A stretch of 25,813 nt of DNA from positions 1 to 25,813 of IMG/VR virus record IMGVR_UViG_3300020042_004016. One strand, 5' to 3'. This DNA comes from a virus. Its lineage: Duplodnaviria; Caudoviricetes. Below, piece after piece: positions 24,187-25,813 of the stretch (positions are counted from its first letter, which is position 1; each line of letters opens with the position of its first letter). Under the pieces are notes generated by a model. The model was not told where the DNA came from. It saw nothing but the letters and a program-made list of their open reading frames with translations, and searched no databases. Position numbers and translations under genes: made by a program.

Positions 24187-25266
24187 TTACTTATTTATTT
24201 TACTCAACCATTGTTCATAAATATTACTTGCTATTTGTGCAGTCATTACTGGAGGAACTGACATTCCTATTAAATACTGAGGTCTATTATTTAAAAAATT
24301 ATAATCTATTGGATAAGATCCAGTATATATATAATCATTATCAGTAAACCAACAATTATCAAAACTTCTGAAGTTTTTTCCATTTGCTATAATTGTACCA
24401 GATACAATATTGTCATCAACAATCATATCAGTAAATCCACTTATTTTATTATCTATTCTTTGACTTATTTCACCAAAACTATTTTCATTTGGTAGTCTTA
24501 AACTAAGCAATCTTTTCTGTCTTTCTGTTAACTTTTCCGAATTACCTACTTTACTTCTATATTCTCCAAAATATATTTTTGGTTCGTTAAACTCTATATC
24601 TATTTTAGGTAGTTCAGTAAACATATCAGCTTGATATAAAAATTGACCAGCTAAATCTTTACGTAAACAAATAAAAAATACTCTTTCTCTACGTTGTGGC
24701 ACACCCATTTTTGAAGCATCAAGCAAAAAGTATTGACAATAGTAACCTGCTTTGTCAAATGCTTCATAAATTTTAATTACATATTGTTTAGCGTCTCCTA
24801 AAAGTAAACCTTTAACGTTTTCAGCAACTACAATTTTTGGTTGTAATTCTTTTGCCAAATCGATAAAATCAAAAAACAAAGTATCTAAAACTTGTTCCGC
24901 TTGTCCTTCTCTAAATACCTTTTCTTTTCCCCAATCTTTTTCACGATTTCCAGCCATTGAAAAACTACTGCAAGGCGGCGAACCATCTAAAATATCTAAG
25001 TTGTATAATTCTTGTGGTAAATCTTTTCTCTTTGCAAAAGTTGTAATTGATTCTAAAAAACTAAATTTAGGATTGTGATTTTCTTTATAGACTTCAATCA
25101 TTTTTTTATCAATATCGTTGTGTCCTATAACATCAAAACCTGCTAATTTATAGCCCATTGTTGAGCCACCACCACAAGCAAAACAACTAAATACTTTGCC
25201 TTTATCTTTTGTAAAAACTGCATCTTTCAAAGTCCAGTTATACGGAAATCTGTGTTCGTTTTTCAT
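24187..25266 (-). CDS. Orphan C5 cytosine DNA methyltransferase
   Basis: Motif I FACGGG, catalytic GSPPC, ENV, QRRERVF and motif X GMSVPP. Confidence 0.93.
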   Translation of the reverse strand: MKNEHRFPYNWTLKDAVFTKDKGKVFSCFACGGGSTMGYKLAGFDVIGHNDIDKKMIEVYKENHNPKFSFLESITTFAKRKDLPQELYNLDILDGSPPCSSFSMAGNREKDWGKEKVFREGQAEQVLDTLFFDFIDLAKELQPKIVVAENVKGLLLGDAKQYVIKIYEAFDKAGYYCQYFLLDASKMGVPQRRERVFFICLRKDLAGQFLYQADMFTELPKIDIEFNEPKIYFGEYRSKVGNSEKLTERQKRLLSLRLPNENSFGEISQRIDNKISGFTDMIVDDNIVSGTIIANGKNFRSFDNCWFTDNDYIYTGSYPIDYNFLNNRPQYLIGMSVPPVMTAQIASNIYEQWLSKINK

Positions 25267-25499
25267 TGCGCTACAAATTCAGTTTTAAGCCATTGAATAA
25301 ATGCTCTTTGAATATTTACTTGTTGACTTTGCGCTTCAAGTTCTGCGTCTTTAATTATCGTGTTATCGACCTTTCTAACTTCGTCAATAAATGCGTTACC
25401 GTGTTTCTTTGCCATTCTGAATATCTTTACGTCTTCTAATAAATCCGCCATTACGGGTAAAAGTGCAACGACTGCTAATAATTTTTGTTCGTTTGTCAT
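25263..25499 (-). CDS. Hypothetical protein
   Basis: 78 aa; ATGA overlaps at both ends. Confidence 0.7.
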   Translation of the reverse strand: MTNEQKLLAVVALLPVMADLLEDVKIFRMAKKHGNAFIDEVRKVDNTIIKDAELEAQSQQVNIQRAFIQWLKTEFVAQ

Positions 25500-25624
25500 T
25501 TGTCGTAAACAATTAAAGGTTTAATTAACTCGATTATTTTTGCTTTGTTGAATTTTGGAACTGTAACAATTAGCTTTGTTCCATCTGTTACTTTTTTGCG
25601 TCCTGCGTTTCTGGTGTTTTTCAT
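25496..25624 (-). CDS. Small basic putative DNA-binding protein (42 aa) not in the ORF track
   Basis: MKNTRNAGRKKVTDGTKLIVTVPKFNKAKIIELIKPLIVYDK*; RxAGRK motif followed by a strand-helix pattern; ATGA overlaps at both ends. Confidence 0.65.
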   Translation of the reverse strand: MKNTRNAGRKKVTDGTKLIVTVPKFNKAKIIELIKPLIVYDK

Positions 25625-25701
25625 TTTGTTTTAAGGGTTAAAATTTTAATAGTTGCTACTATTGAGTAGATAATTAATAGGTAAACGATTGTTCCGCTCA
25701 T
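25621..25701 (-). CDS. Single-TM peptide (26 aa) not in the ORF track
   Basis: MSGTIVYLLIIYSIVATIKILTLKTK*; leader AAAACAAACACA; first ORF after the promoter. Confidence 0.55.
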   Translation of the reverse strand: MSGTIVYLLIIYSIVATIKILTLKTK

Positions 25702-25723
25702 TGTGTTTGTTTTAAAGTGTTCA

Positions 25724-25753
25724 CAAAAATAAGTATATTTTATTAATAAACAA
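25724..25753 (-). promoter_or_regulatory. Host-sigma early promoter TTG-N19-TATTTTTG
   Basis: Matches the Flavobacterium/Bacteroides -33/-7 consensus and lies directly after a terminator. Confidence 0.65.
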
Positions 25754-25779
25754 TACTTTTATTAAAAATAATTGAAAAT

Positions 25780-25805
25780 AAAAAAACCGCCTATTTCTAA
25801 GCGGT
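25780..25805 (-). terminator. Intrinsic terminator of an upstream unit outside the window
   Basis: ACCGCTTA-GAAA-TAGGCGGT followed by a U tract. Confidence 0.8.
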
Positions 25806-25813
25806 CAAAATTC

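Noticed and set aside
4276-24347. All + strand ORFs in the supplied track (e.g. 4276..4602, 7368..7733, 9081..9359, 10125..10349, 22887..23078)
   Set aside because: They are shadows of well-supported - strand genes, with no motifs, promoters or coupling.

Overview
This is an AT-rich fragment of a tailed dsDNA phage (siphovirus-like), probably infecting Bacteroidota/Flavobacteria. The host is inferred from TAnnTTTG promoters, A-rich leaders without a Shine-Dalgarno sequence, and a DUF3127-type SSB. All credible genes lie on the - strand and are tightly packed with ATGA overlaps. Read in transcription order (right to left), the first part holds small early ORFs, an orphan C5 cytosine methyltransferase, SSB, ERF recombinase, a repeat-rich putative origin, an SF3/D5-like helicase, VRR-NUC nuclease, TerS, a phage sigma factor and TerL. 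The rest holds a frameshifting tail chaperone, tail proteins, tape measure, XkdF-like protease, scaffold, decoration protein, major capsid, major tail, portal, adaptor, fibre proteins and small membrane proteins. I saw no integrase, endolysin, tRNA or CRISPR array. The most notable signals are non-coding: (1) a promoter-to-terminator small RNA at 51-119 almost perfectly antisense to the leader and start codon of erf 23.6 kb away; (2) a two-hairpin kissing-loop leader whose loop can alternatively pair next to the start codon of the replication operon; (3) four copies of a bipartite late promoter TRCAAC-N13/14-ATAGTTT, three exactly 7 nt before an ATG; (4) an origin-like region of three inverted-repeat modules with 36-37 bp IHF-like spacers; (5) a -1 frameshift into an ~86-codon dual-coding region. 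All calls were made by eye, with no database searches.
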